A stretch of DNA of 50,997 nucleotides, the filler included, from Catajapyx aquilonaris (taxonomy: Eukaryota), in assembly GCA_000934665.2 (NCBI GenBank). It is 3 parts of 3 records of this genome, joined end to end, with 100 filler letters (N's around TTAATTAATTAA, not from the genome) between each part and the next. Parts side by side here need not be neighbours in the genome. Positions count along the whole stretch, not along the records: positions 1 to 16,821 come from JYFJ02007092.1; positions 16,922 to 34,090 come from JYFJ02007093.1; 1 more part is not named here. One strand, 5' to 3'. The position numbers and the translations under genes were made by a program. Under the pieces are notes generated by a model. That model was not told the DNA's origin and did no database searches. It was given only the letters and a program-made list of their open reading frames with translations. Below, piece by piece: positions 14,505 through 27,530 of the stretch (its first letter is position 1; every line of letters starts with the position of its first letter).

Positions 14505-15143
14505 CGAGTGCGAGAATATTCGGTGCATAATCATGGAAGATGAGACAGTATAATATGTATATTAGGTTCTATGACATTAGAAGTAGAAGTTGTCACTTAT
14601 TAACTGCACAGGCCGCATTGTTTTAAACTGAAAAATTAATGTATCGCAAAATGTTTTAGGCCTAAATCGTGACCTAAATCTATTGTTGTCCTTACACGCT
14701 GGATGTGGAACTGTATCACCTTTGTCCTTTTATGTTCAATGTGTAATTAGCTCCGGATAGGAAAAGGAGAAACTAGACCCTGACAGAATGATTTTGTAGT
14801 GTAATAAAATTCTGCAGGTTTTCTACCTCTTTGTGTAATTAAGGTGTCCTTCCGCTTCCTCCGAAAACAAAAGTGGATGGATAACGTGAGGGAGGTTCGT
14901 CCAAGGGTTCGTCATAAAGTCATAAGCCTGCTTACATAGTTACATGTAATACTCCACTTTGTCCTTGAACAGTGAGACACGTATATACTCGTACCACTCG
15001 TACATGGCGAGTGCGACTCACTAGGTAACTTTTTTCTTTTTTCTTTTTTTTCGATGTCGTGATAACGCCGACAATGAATAATGTTGCAAGATACTGTAAG
15101 TTCATAAGTTATGTCATAAATTATGATCACATAATACTTGGGG

Positions 15144-15420
15144 AGTGGACAGCATGGTGGTCTATAGCGGTTACGCCGCTGGCCAGCCAAGCGGGAGGCC
15201 GGGGTTAAAATCTCGTCCCTGTCACCTCTGCTTGGCCGGGTCTTTTTCCGCTTTTCACCCGACATGCCGGACCAGAATTGCACTCCCTTCTCTGCTCGGG
15301 GCCAGGAGAAAAGGCCTGGTGTTAAAGAATGTCAGAAATGGCGCCCTCCCTTGGGAACTTCCCCTTCCCCCCTAAGAGGGCCACGAGCTCGATATCACGG
15401 GGTAACAAAAAAAAAAAAAA
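15144..15420 (+). mobile_element. tRNA-derived SINE with poly(A) tail (SINE-A)
   Basis: tRNA-like head (GACAG..CTGTC stem, A-box-like TGGTCTATAGCGG, degenerate B box GGTTAAAATC), poly(A) at 15407-15420, TSD ACTTGGGG at 15136-15143 and 15420-15427. Confidence 0.75.
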
Positions 15421-16696
15421 CTTGGGGTCAACTGCTGTACTATTTATGATATTAAAGTGTCGTATGACCTAATTTGGTGGAGTGAGAGTATACAGTATTG
15501 TAATCTTATCAAAATATAACAATATGTATGCCACTACTCACTTCTCTTGTTATAATGATCAAATAAATTCAAAAATTTTGCACCAATTTACAACACCGAT
15601 AGTTATTATTCAGTTAGTTTCACGTACAGAGCCCATTGCACCCTTGAATTATTATTGGAAAAAACATGTTGACAGTGTCTGACTGCAAATGCCAGTTCAT
15701 AAGCTGACATTGCTGCACTAACTATTCACTGGACTTACATTCTTCCATTAATTTACACTACGCAAGTATTTCATGGCAGTTAAGCGAGAATTACTGAGTC
15801 GTTTGCACCTGCACACACTGTAGAACGACAACCGAAATGTGCAGGTTGGAAACAAAATTACTGAATCTGAATTCCTTACAATGAAATATATATAGCATCG
15901 CCTCACTCTCTCTTTGTCGTCAATTGCACTTGCAAGTCTTCCTATTCACATTTCAACCAAAACATCCGGAGTGGGTGACTCTAAAAAATTCCTCTGCAGT
16001 CTAGATATCAAATTATTCCATTTTCCGTGTAAGGGAAGGTCACACCACCACCTTATCGGAATGTCACTCAGCAAGACGTGGAGTTGTTGTGTTTTGCATC
16101 ATAATTTCCGCGGTGCCTTGTGTAAAATACGCAACATATTTATGACAATATTTATTATACGAATGTCAAACCTCTTATTGCCCTCAGTGATAGCGATTGG
16201 TTGACCGGAGTGTGTGGCACTCAGATAAGACAGTGTGAGGGATCATGAAGCAAAAAAACGACAGGAAGCACGCGATTGTGACTCTCATCCCGACAGTTCG
16301 AGCTCTCTTTTGAAGGACAACCAGTGCAAAAAAAGAAGTGTCAGGAAAAGTTCATTTCGTTCCTATAACCCGCGTTTAAGAATTCCTACAGTATATGATT
16401 TGCGTGCAATTTTTACCTGTATATGCGCGTACATAGGTGATGAGTGACCCTCAGAAATCAATTTTACGTCAAGGATAAAACAAGAACATTTTGCTTATCG
16501 CCTTTACTTCCGCGTAAGTGCTGTATACAAACATGCAAGTCATATAAAAGGCAAGTTACAGTTACGACAAGTGAAAGTCCGAAGAGTCTTCCGTGGATAT
16601 AATTACATCAGGCCTTATTTCTTCTTTCCTTGCAAGGCCAAGTACTGTATTCAGCATGATCATGGTTTTTTGTAATTATCCCGCCACTCATACTTC

Positions 16697-16821
16697 TATA
16701 CAGGGTGTTTACGACCTAACTTTGCAAACTTCTAGGGGTGATAGAGGGGACCAAGACAAACATATTTGACATAGGAAACCGTGTCCGGAAACGCCATCTA
16801 GAGGGGGTTCATAGACAAGGA
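16697..16821 (+). mobile_element. Tc1/mariner-type element, left end, cut by contig end
   Basis: TA-CAGGGTG terminus; similar to the reverse-oriented terminus ending ..CACCCTGTA near 34667 (shared CTAACTTTG(G)CAAAC and GTCCGGAAA). Confidence 0.55.
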
Positions 16822-16921
16822 NNNNNNNNNNNNNNNNNNNNNNNNNNNNNNNNNNNNNNNNNNNNTTAATTAATTAANNNNNNNNNNNNNNNNNNNNNNN
16901 NNNNNNNNNNNNNNNNNNNNN
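16822..16921. other. Artificial contig linker (44 N + TTAATTAATTAA + 44 N)
   Basis: Exactly 100 nt; a palindromic 12-mer with stops in all six frames; identical copy at 34091-34190. Confidence 0.95.
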
Positions 16922-19900
16922 TATGTGAGCCGTAAAACTGGATAATCCTCGTGTAATAGTCGCATCCATTTCTGCTTGATAATGTCCCCGTTAGCTTGTT
17001 AAAAGCCGCGGCTACGTGAGTCTAGTGGGGGTGAAAGCGTAGGGTAGTTGAAGGGGGTGGGAGTAGAGGGGGGGATAGGTTGGTTCGGGGTTGGAGAATA
17101 GTTCAAAATTGTTATCGAACTCTGGTGGGCCCAACACCAGTTGTGATTACCGGGCGAGGTCCCCCTTCGGTTTATCGGGCGGGTATCCTACAAACTCTTA
17201 CACTAATGAATGTGGATAATCTACCTGGATAGTTGAAGCCCCCCCCCCTCCCCCCTCCCTCCCACGCACAAACTGCGTTCTGGCAAACAGTTTTTTAAAC
17301 GAGAACAAAATTTTGTGCTAAGTTTTAAAGTTGGAACTGGCGTATTTCAGCATAGCCCACCTTGAATCAGAGAGGAGTGCTCATAATGTACAAGTTTGCT
17401 GAAATACTAATGTCATTTAGGCAAAAAGTGGGATTTGTAAACTGCATTAACGTCAGTCTCCATTATACCTCGAGATCCGCATTTCGTGCGGTTCAACTTT
17501 TATGAAATATAATTTACGTCCTGCGAGTATCTGGTGACCTGGGTTCCATCCTGTCAAGGGCTAGTTTTAGGCTGAGTCCGTGTTTTGAAGCGAAATATTC
17601 TGTCAGGAATTAGGGGCCTTATTAAATTTCGGTGACACAAATGACTCCCAGGACGGAACAGTCCTTCGTCCCTGCATACAAGTTTCATGATTCCACCTGC
17701 TGAATTTGTAAGTCACGCGGTGAAGTAAAATGACATGCCAGGTTTTCCCGACGCATAACTGAACCAGAGTGAATATCTCCATACTTGCATATTTTGCGCA
17801 CTGAAATATTTTTGTGCTTGTTGTGGACCCGAGTGAGACTGCATTCCAAAATTTCATATTCATGTTTTGGCTGCGCCTTGGGCTGTTTCCATATGTGGTT
17901 GTAAACTCTTCCTCTTGCAATGGGTGTAATTCGCAAATAGGAGGGAGGTGCTAACATCCGGCGTAATTTACACTTTGTGAGCGGTTTAATTGCAGGTAAG
18001 GTTCCTTCGTAATGGCTCGTAAGGAATATCTTACTCTCAAAGTTCCGGTGGTGACGTAGTCACCCGTGTTAATTACGTTGTAAGGCAACAGGTATCTATT
18101 TTTGGCCGGTACAGCGCAAAATTTAATGAGTGAAGAGCCTTCTTCACGACCTAGTTTACGGTACTATATCCGACCGAAAGGTAGGGCTAGTCGAAATGAA
18201 TTCAAATACTACGTGGGTTTCGTAATTCCAGGCTGGTGGACGTAAGCGTTTAAGGGCTGGACTTGAGTGTTTCCGTGGTCATTCCCGCTTAAGCGGGTTA
18301 AGCGGCATTGCGCTGGAGAAAAGCGCTTCCACACCAATCATGCAGCTTCCTCCATCTTACGTAAAGGAGCACTTCAGTTAGGCAGATCCATCAGGAAAGA
18401 GCAACAATTTCATTCACAACTACCATGTATGGCTGTGCGAAAAGCGAATTTTCATATGGCAAAGTTATATTAAATTAATATCGAATCACATGTCAGACCC
18501 AAATAATCGAAATATAGCAAATATCGATATTGAACATTTAAAATGCGATGCTGAAAAATATCGAGCGTATGGTCGATATATCGAAATATTACACTGCCCT
18601 AGCACCACCTTCCACACATTTTTGTCGAGTGCAGTACATTCCGGGCTAGATGGACGTGCAAACAAATGCCCTTTTTGGCGATAATGCAGAGTCAGGAACA
18701 CAATTCGTGCCACGTTCTTCTGATTGTCACCGACGCTGTCACTTTTCTGCACGCTGCTCCCCAGCGTGATATACTGTCCCGGCCAGCATTCCGATCAGTT
18801 GGCGTGCCATACCACCAAAGGACACAAATTCACCCCTTTTAGAAAGAAAGATGGCCCTTGTTACTACAACTGTCGTCATGATGAGGTTGTCATTGTACTC
18901 CTGGGAAGCAGGTAGGAAAAAAGTATGGCTCGACAGATGAGAAATGTGGTGTCCACCCCTATCCTTTTGTTCTAAGCGCGCCAGAGGGAAAAATGATGAG
19001 TTCTTTTCTCCCTGATGAATAAGTCTGTGGATAATATCGTAGCTACTGCTGCTTTGGCTGGGCGAACAACCGGGCCAGTATATGCGGGCAGCTAGACAAA
19101 TGAGAGACATTGACACACGCACTTGGGCGCTGTGTACCTAGCAGAAACTTTGTGTGTCCCAGCAAGCAGTCCCTACATTGATACGTGTCTACACATGCTT
19201 TCGTCGCATGAGTCCCCCTGAATGCATATCCTGTGATAGGAACAAGCAGCACGCGAGGTGATACGCTAATCGCATTATTCATTATTAATTATTTCCTCCC
19301 GACAATAAAAATGTTTGCTATTCACAGCGTCGGGTTCTCTCTTTTTTTTCGTCTTCAAAATATATATGGGAAGTGGAAGGGCGTGTCAAGCTTCTACATC
19401 ACGAGGGGAAGCCTGGCTCTGGATTAGAACAGTTTCGTAGAATTTCAGACATTATCTGTGTAATAGGATTAAACGTTAGAAGACAAAATGCATGGCATAA
19501 GATATAGTGCAGCATTTGAGCTGTTTTTTTGTACGTTATTGTTACCAGCATTTTTCTTGTCACATGCGTCTGATGGATTTATAATGCACTATTCAAGCAG
19601 CTATTTATAATGACACAATTAATTATTTCTGAGCCTACACCTCTACAGTCCCAAAAGTCAGCTCAAATTCGCATAGTTGGAATTTAAAAACACAAAATAA
19701 TGTATCATATTTGTACCCCTGAATAAGAGCATTGCAGCCTGCAAGGATATAGCCTATACCGTGTCTTCATGGAGTAGGCCTACTCCACATAAGTTTACTA
19801 CGTATTCCCCCAAGAAGCCAACTCGAGATTGGGAGTCAACACGAGTTTCATCAATGAAAATCGTCTGGCTTATGGGGCACGGGCTTTCTTTTGATTACCG

Positions 19901-20551
19901 TACTAAATGTTTTCATGACAGTCGTTGTCTCTTAGGAAATTTTTTCGGTACAATATTGCAAATATGCAGGAATTGTTGCACGAGCGCACCTTTAGATTAG
20001 TATCGACGGAAATGTCAACAATTCCACCAATTTTCTGAGAAAAAATTGATTTTCTCATCCCAGCAGAATCATACGACATTAGAGTTCATGCACTAAGTAC
20101 AACCCATTCCCCCAAAAATGGGAGACAGGCATCTCTTCTTACGATATCTCCTGTTATTCCCTCCGTTTAATTTGCATTAATACAGTACAACCAACCCTTA
20201 ATGCAAAACAGACACCCACCATATTTTTCATAACCCCGGATTTTACACAGTACAATACAACACAACGTTGCTTCCGGGCAACTTTTTGTCCTTTGTAAGT
20301 CCCCAGTAACTAGAATGGCAGCATCCACAGCAGACCCAAGGCAACATTTAGCAACTGTCCCTCCTCTGTTCCTGGTCTATCCCGCCAGGTGGAATATTTT
20401 ACTTCCGCTCTGTGAACATGCGCCCCTGTGGGCATTGTTTCTCTTTGCAGTAAATGCAATTAATATTAAACATGGTTTCATACTGCACATTCATAAATAT
20501 TACACCATTTTGTGAAAACATGATTAACCAGAATATAACATGCGACCCCAT

Positions 20552-20590
20552 TAATAATGATGATGCTGATGCTGATGATGATGATGATGC

Positions 20591-20663
<73 letters not shown>
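20552..20663. repeat. Compound trinucleotide microsatellite (GAT)n(GCT)n(GAT)n(AAT)n
   Basis: Directly visible; produces the spurious poly-D/A/N and poly-L/A/S ORFs in the track. Confidence 0.95.
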
Positions 20664-20664
<1 letters not shown>

Positions 20665-22479
20665 TCATAGTATAGGCAAACAACATGTCATGTTGTTTGC
20701 CTGTTAATGGCCAATCAGGACACACAACCATTATTAAGCGTGCAATTAAGTACTATTTGAACCGGTGGTGATGTGGACCTGATCTACTGTTGCACATAGA
20801 GCAAAAAGGTAAGCGATGGGAATGAAAAGCGAACAGACGACTTTGTGTGTCAGAGTTTTAGGGCGGGAAGGGGCATCCCTTTGCGTAAAAGGGCCAGCAG
20901 CAGGGGCCACTGCAATGCATATTGCAGTGCAGCTCCCGCAACTGGAAGCCTCCGTGCAGTAATTAGATTCGTTTTCCAATTGAGAAAGCCGGTGCTACCC
21001 AAAGCAGACATTATTCCAGTCGGGGTAATGCTTCTCCAACACGCTAGTAGGTATAAAATCGCGTCAGAGGAACCCTGCTCGGGCTCGCATGGGTGGGATG
21101 GGCCGGGGGAAGTGTTGGTCGAAAAGAGGGAAGGGGGGGGGAGGGGGGCACCCCACAGAACTGGGCTTTGTTTGTCCAAATGAAAGTTGGAGAAAATGGG
21201 GCGGTAGGGCTTGCACGCCTGGAAATAAAATGGCGTCTTTAGTGCCAGAGGACCCAAATAATCGAGGGGTAATGAAGAGGCTCAGTCCTAGGGGGATAGT
21301 TGCGCACAATTCAGTGTGTGACGGGCAAAATTTCACCCCCCCCCCCTCCCTCTAGCCACCGACGCCCGGCTCTTCTCCACTCTTCTCCGCCACGAACGAG
21401 TGGATTAATACATGGCACATGTCGAGTAACTATTAGCTTCCTCTGCTTTGCAGTTGTGCACTAGTGCGGTTGCTATGGATCCCGCCAGGACGCCTAGCTG
21501 CTCATCTCGTTGTTAATTAATGAAATGTGGGTCCCCGCGTTTTCCCGCTTCGTGGAGAGCATTGGCGTCAAAGCTTACTACTCTGCAGTAGCACACACGC
21601 GCAAACACACACACACTTCGGGGGTGTGTTTTTTTTCGCTCTGGCTCTCATTGCCCCGAAGAGTGCTATAAACAAAGAGTCGATCAGTAGCTCGTGAAAA
21701 AATTATGTCTGAAGAGTTTAATCAAACGGACTAACCATAGTACTTATAATCTGTCATATTGTTCCGACTGTGCACCTGGGAGACGGCATTAAGCTGCGTC
21801 AAAGGGCTTAAGTGTCACGAGTCTCCCTCTCAGCCTCCTTTTTGCCACGAGTAATCCTCCGAGTTGGAAACTCTGATTTAATATCCGTAATTATGTAAGG
21901 GAAATAAAATTGGCAGTAAGCTCCTCCGTGCAGTTTATAAACTATAATAAGTTTAATGTATTCTTTTGCGTTTGTGAGAGGTAGACTCCTTTGGGTTTTC
22001 TCTATGAGGTATGGATTCAAAGGGAAGGTTTCTTTTATCCTGAGCTATTAGACAACCTATGTGCCTCTTTTGTGCGGTATGTTGTATAGATGGCAGGCGT
22101 ACTTCTGCAAGGAGTCCAAGGACTCACGATTCTGTGGTAATTTATTTGGATGACAATGTTATGACAATTTAATCAAGTTTTTGATTTTTAAAAATTCGGG
22201 CTGTAACAATTGTGCCATATATCACAGGTTTTACTTGTTATATATACGGCTTTGTGGAAGAACGTTCTATAAGAATATAGCCTACTTACCATTGATCTAA
22301 AGCGATCAGTCGACCACTTTCTCTGAAAGCTTGCTCTCGGAATTGCTCTCAGACACGATATAAAGCAATAACTAAGTTTTTGGTACAGTATGTTTCACTT
22401 GTAATTATTATCGGCAGCGAACATTTTCTAATAATAGATTGTAAAAACTGAGGCTAACAGTGTTATACTCCTGATTGTC

Positions 22480-22721
22480 AGGGCGACACGGTGGCCGAGC
22501 GGTTTGCGCCGCAGCTTTCCACCTCTAAGGTCCCGAGTTCGATCCCCGGGTCGGACGGAGGATACTTATATGGATAGAGTTTCGATGGGTTCTCTCCGTG
22601 TTCGCGTGGGTTTCCTCGGGGTTCTCCCGTTTCCTCCCACTATCAAAATCCATCACATTACAGGCAAATGATTAAAATCGGTTATTCAAAAGATGATCCC
22701 CTAAGAGGCCCAAGGGGTATC

Positions 22722-22802
<81 letters not shown>

Positions 22803-22805
22803 CAT
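22480..22805 (+). mobile_element. tRNA-derived SINE with V-domain-like core and (ATT)n tail (SINE-B)
   Basis: A box TGGCCGAGCGG, B box GAGTTCGATCC, core GTTCTCTCCGTGTTCGCGTGGGTTTCCTCGGGGTTCTCCCGTTTCCTCCCAC, (ATT)n tail ~22723-22800, 14-bp TSD TACTCCTGATTGTC at 22466-22479 and 22806-22819. Confidence 0.92.
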
Positions 22806-25800
22806 TACTCCTGATTGTCTGCAATGATGGTTTACAAGTACTGGATACTGTATGGAATGTGGAAATGTTGCAGTCAAGTAGCATCGATGCGGTTAATAAT
22901 CCGGGGTTCGACTTATAGACGTTTTACTGTATTTAACTGGAGCCTTGCTCTCAATACTCCAAAATTCAGAATCATTGATATTCAATGTTTCTTTTCTTTA
23001 AAAAAAAAACCAAACGAATGTGCCGAGTATTAAATTGTTACTCTTAATAGGCATTTCTAAAATAAGATCCTTGTGTTTTAATTTTAAAATGTACCTTCTG
23101 CAATCATCAGCACTGAAGCCATTTTTCCTGATGACATATCAAGATACATTTGTTTCCGATTCTTAATCTGAGAGTCCACCAGTGGTATCCATTAGTAACA
23201 GACTTCCTTCCTTCCTTCCGCGTTGCAATGGCCTCCGGGTCCATGGCTGCTAATTACACTTTAGAGAAGCAACTTTGTCACTCCATCAGGGGGGTTGGCT
23301 AGAGTATGAGAGTGTGGGAGTGTGGGGAGTTGGGAGGATCCCTGACATTCACCGCGATCCGGACCGAGTAATTTAGTCTTCGGCTTCCTCGAAATGGATC
23401 GTACCTAGAACGCAATTCCACTTTCCCCAAGTGATAATAATATTATTGACAATTTCATTACCACCGTCGAAAGCTTACGAGGAAAGATGGCTGGCTAATG
23501 GGACTGCAGCGATTGGAGAGTCGCTCTCCCTCCCACACCACCCAACCACCCCTCTTTTTCTCCCAGCGTCCTTTGCTAAGCCAAATGGCTTTTGGATCTT
23601 ATGGGCTGGCTGGAAAATGTAACACAGGAGGACGTTGACCTGGGATTTTACTCCAAATTTCGACCAGCAAGATACTTATTCAGTCCCAAGTGAAAACAGC
23701 AATCGGCATAATATGTTATGCACTCTACCGACCGAGACATATTTGCACATTTTTGGTACAGCTGTAGGTCAACAAGAGCAGTAGTTAGTAATGTCTACCT
23801 CACGCGTCAGTTTAAAATTTTAACAATTATTATTCATAGGGCTTTACAGTTCCTTAGAGTCAATTGAATTGTTATTCACATGAATTAGATAACATGACGC
23901 CCGTATAAGGAAATTATGCACTTCTGGGGGGGGGGGGGGGTTTGTCAATATCTGTAGCTGGGACACAAAACTGCCTGCTAACTTAGCCCGCATCCAGATC
24001 GCTTGGTTACCGATATTGACATATAAGCTTACTTAAGAGGATGTGTTACTTACAACTTGCCTGCGGGAGGCAATCTCTAACAAGACGGACTGCCACCATG
24101 GTACTGTACGTCTTTGTTTTCTGCACTCTGCTTCTACTAGCGGCATGAATAACAATACTCCTGCATCCACAGCTCCTTACAACATAGACAATGCACAGTT
24201 TGGGACCCTCTACACTCTACAGTAAGCCATTCCCAAGTTGACTTCCTACAATGCTGTTTCATGAACATATTATATTGCAATTTATTTTGTCCGTGTAAAC
24301 TGAGTCAGAATTTTGCAATACTGCTCATTATATTTAAAAATAATAATTGTTCTTTTTCCAGACCTGATTCGAAGGTTTTGGTTGCATTCAATAGAGAAAA
24401 TATAACAAATGCAACAGTACACTAATTCAATATGAGTGTGATGAAGTGATACTCTGTAACCCTCCCCTGGAATTGATCACAACACTGTTGCCCAGTAACG
24501 AAAAGGACTCCCCCTTAAGGATTTCTTTCGTAATATTCTTAATCAGGAGGATCTGAATTGAATTTGTTACCATTGAAACTGAGCCAGATTTCCCTGGTAG
24601 TGTACCACCGTGAAATCAGAGAGATAATGAAGCTCTTCCCAGATTATTGACTCGGCAATCAAAGAGATAATGTGAACTTTACCCCGCGGTTTCAAATATC
24701 CCTCCTACCTAGAAAATTCACGGTTTGCATTGTCGTTAACCAAAACGCTCCTCCAGGGCCCTCTTCACCTTAATTACAGTGGCTCGGGGATTAATCCAAG
24801 TTGTCTTTTCCTTCACGATTCCTTCCAAACTGTTGTTACATCCAATCGTAAACGCCGAAAATTCTCCTACCTCCCTTTTGAAAACTAATCCAAAAAGTCT
24901 CCTTTCCCCCGCTCTTTCCTTCCTTGTTGTAGTCAATAAAGCCGACACAATAACGTAATGGGCCATGAATTCATTTCCTTAGCGCAAAACCCCAACCATC
25001 CTTCCACCCAATCCACCCCCACCCTCCCCTAAAAGAAGCATTGGAACTTCATTGCTGCAATTTGCATAAACATGGGGTTGGTGCAGTAGCCTTGGGCTGT
25101 ATCGCATTAACCGCTTGAGTCACGACGTATGCCTTCCTCCCACTCTCTCCTCTCCTCCCTACCCCACTTCCCCAAGCTGCAGGAGAACAATTGGCGATTG
25201 CTCATTAATAGAGGTCGAGCTTAATGAAGCGAGCTTCTGGGGGAAGGAATGGGGGCAGGCAGGCAGGGTCCTGGCTGCCAGGGGCTGGATTTTATCCTGG
25301 GATAAAAATACCCGCACGTGATGTCAGACAGGGGAAGTGGTTGCGGGTTTCCTTAGAAAGGGGATAATTCTACAGTTCCAACGCAGTATATTATTCAGCG
25401 GAAGAGATTGTCTTACAACTGAGGATGGCTGGCGTTTCACCGCAATTGCGCGCCGGTATTGGGGGCACCAGAACATGATGACCTTACTATGCAGGGGGAT
25501 ATCTTGGTACATTACGATCCATGTTTGTCGCAGAGAAGGTGAGCGACTTGATTTACTCTTCATTTTTTGGATAGTAAGAAAAACGCAGGTTATTCCATCT
25601 CCTGTGGGCAATCCTTTCGCAAGCAGTGTGACACCAGCCTTCATCATCCTGATGGATAGCAGGAGCTGGCTGGCCTTCCTTTTTCTGGCTGAACCGCCAC
25701 ACAAAAGGCGCGGTATCAGGAGATGATGGTGACGAATGAGCATCCGACAAGCGAGCGTACGTACGTCGGAATAGAACCGACGTTGTTTCCATCTACCGGG

Positions 25801-27191
25801 ACGCTCTTCACTATTTTGCTCGCACCTGCTGCGACGAGATGAACAAGGTCCGATTGTGGCCGCCTTATCATAAACTGTCGCCCAGAGAGAGGGGACGGGG
25901 GAAGGGGTAAATTGATCTGGATAAAGGATGGGGGGTCCAGCTGAGAATCGGATTGTGCACAACCTTCCTCAAGGTGTGGAGTGATGAATGGATGGGGTTG
26001 ACAGTGTGACATTTCTAGTGTTTGAATGGTCTGTTGTTTTCACACGGAAATGTTCATTCTTGGCAAGACGGTTAAGGTTTAAACCGTTGCAAAATCATGT
26101 TAGCACAGGACAGAACCTGTCGAAACTTGCACCAGTAGGCCACTTGCTCCGGAGTATTCAACTGGGCGAATATTTTGCATCAATTTGTCTGTTGGCCGGT
26201 GGAGGAACCATTTTTCTCTCGGACCAATCTCCTCCCGTGGCCATTTCCGTTTGCGAAACAAGCCGACAAATTTCTGGAATTTTGGAATTAATTCTGTGAC
26301 GAATGCCTTTGTTTCCTGGGAGGTTCCCGAAGGGAGATGGAGTTTTTGGGGTGGTTAAGAGGAGGAACTGAAGAAGGAAATGGGACACCTGCTGGCACTT
26401 CCTATCCCATTCTCATGGATAGCGGCTTGCCTGCCAGCAGGACAGATTGATTAATGCAGCCTCTACATTCGCGGGATGGATTTTGCTTCTATTCAGAGTC
26501 GTGGAGAGAGGATGTACTATGTGGATGATGCACACTGGGCTTTTGGGTAAACGCTGGCTTTTGTGGCTGTCTGGGGGTGGTTGAATCAGCACTTTTAGGC
26601 AAACCGATATGGTGTTTACCAATGGTTGAAGGGAACTACGCTACCGAAAACAACATTTCATGCCTAAAACATTGGCACTGTTACAGTTACTCTGGAGGAA
26701 AAAATTTGCATAATAAGTGGTTAGTTCAACCCCCGCATTGCTAATGGCCCATATGAAAAGCGCAGCCTAGGCTATGCAGTGTAATATTTTTAAAAGTAGA
26801 AATCGATAGGTTTTGCGGAATGATATCAAGAGCAATTTAGAAATTATGTGACCTCTCGACTTGAATGTGGAAAGAACCTATTCTCTGAATTTTTGCGAGA
26901 CCCTAATAGTAAAAGTGCTATTATCTCTTAAATAAAATCGTTATTTCATGCTATTCTCTTCTTTCGTAATTATAAATAATTATATGAAATGCCGGATATT
27001 CATCGCCTATTACAAGTTTTAATTTAACGAGGGTAGTACTAACTAAAATTAAGCGAACAGCTTCCTAAAATATTGAACAAGTTCTTTGTGCGAATATTTT
27101 TCTGCCTGCACAAAAACCCATATTAGATTACTTTAGGCCGCTCATTAAATTATTGGAATTTCCAGAATATAATTATATAGTATCCGACGGT

Positions 27192-27530
27192 TCGGGAGGC
27201 GGAGTGGTGTTGCGGTAACGTATGCGCCCACGGATGTTAAAGTCCCGGGTTCGATCCCAGCCCGTGGACACCCCCTTCATCTCGTGCAGAGTTCAGGGTC
27301 ACCTCTGGCTTCGTCTCGGGTGGTATTTCCAACAGACTAAACCACCCGGGGGAGTTCACTAAAAATGGCCACATAAAGACATTGCACTGCACCTTGCACA
27401 TCCCCTCCTGTCATCCTGCCCGTGGGCCCGGGCGTTTCAAAAAATGGTCTATGTATAAGTTACAATAAAGGTCCGTGCCGCATACCCTATATAGGGTCAG
27501 GCCCTACCCAAGAATTATTTTTTTTTTTAA
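27192..27530 (+). mobile_element. tRNA-derived SINE with T-rich tail (SINE-C)
   Basis: A-box-like TGGTGTTGCGG, B box GGTTCGATCCC, 13-bp TSD AGTATCCGACGGT at 27179-27191 and 27531-27543. Confidence 0.88.

Noticed and set aside
16866..16877. TTAATTAATTAA palindrome as a biological motif (also 34135-34146)
   Set aside because: Centred exactly in 44+44 N; a synthetic spacer.
22480..22560. tRNA-like heads at 15147, 22480, 27194 and 42035 as tRNA genes
   Set aside because: Imperfect cloverleafs followed by SINE bodies, tails and TSDs.
24092..24230. Perfect Kozak GCCACCATGG followed by signal-peptide-like MVLYVFVFCTLLLLAA
   Set aside because: TGA follows immediately and no supportable downstream exons were found.
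25324..25962. 212-aa minus-strand ORF and overlapping 129-aa plus-strand ORF
   Set aside because: No recognisable domain and no consistent exon chain; expected by chance in GC-richer DNA.
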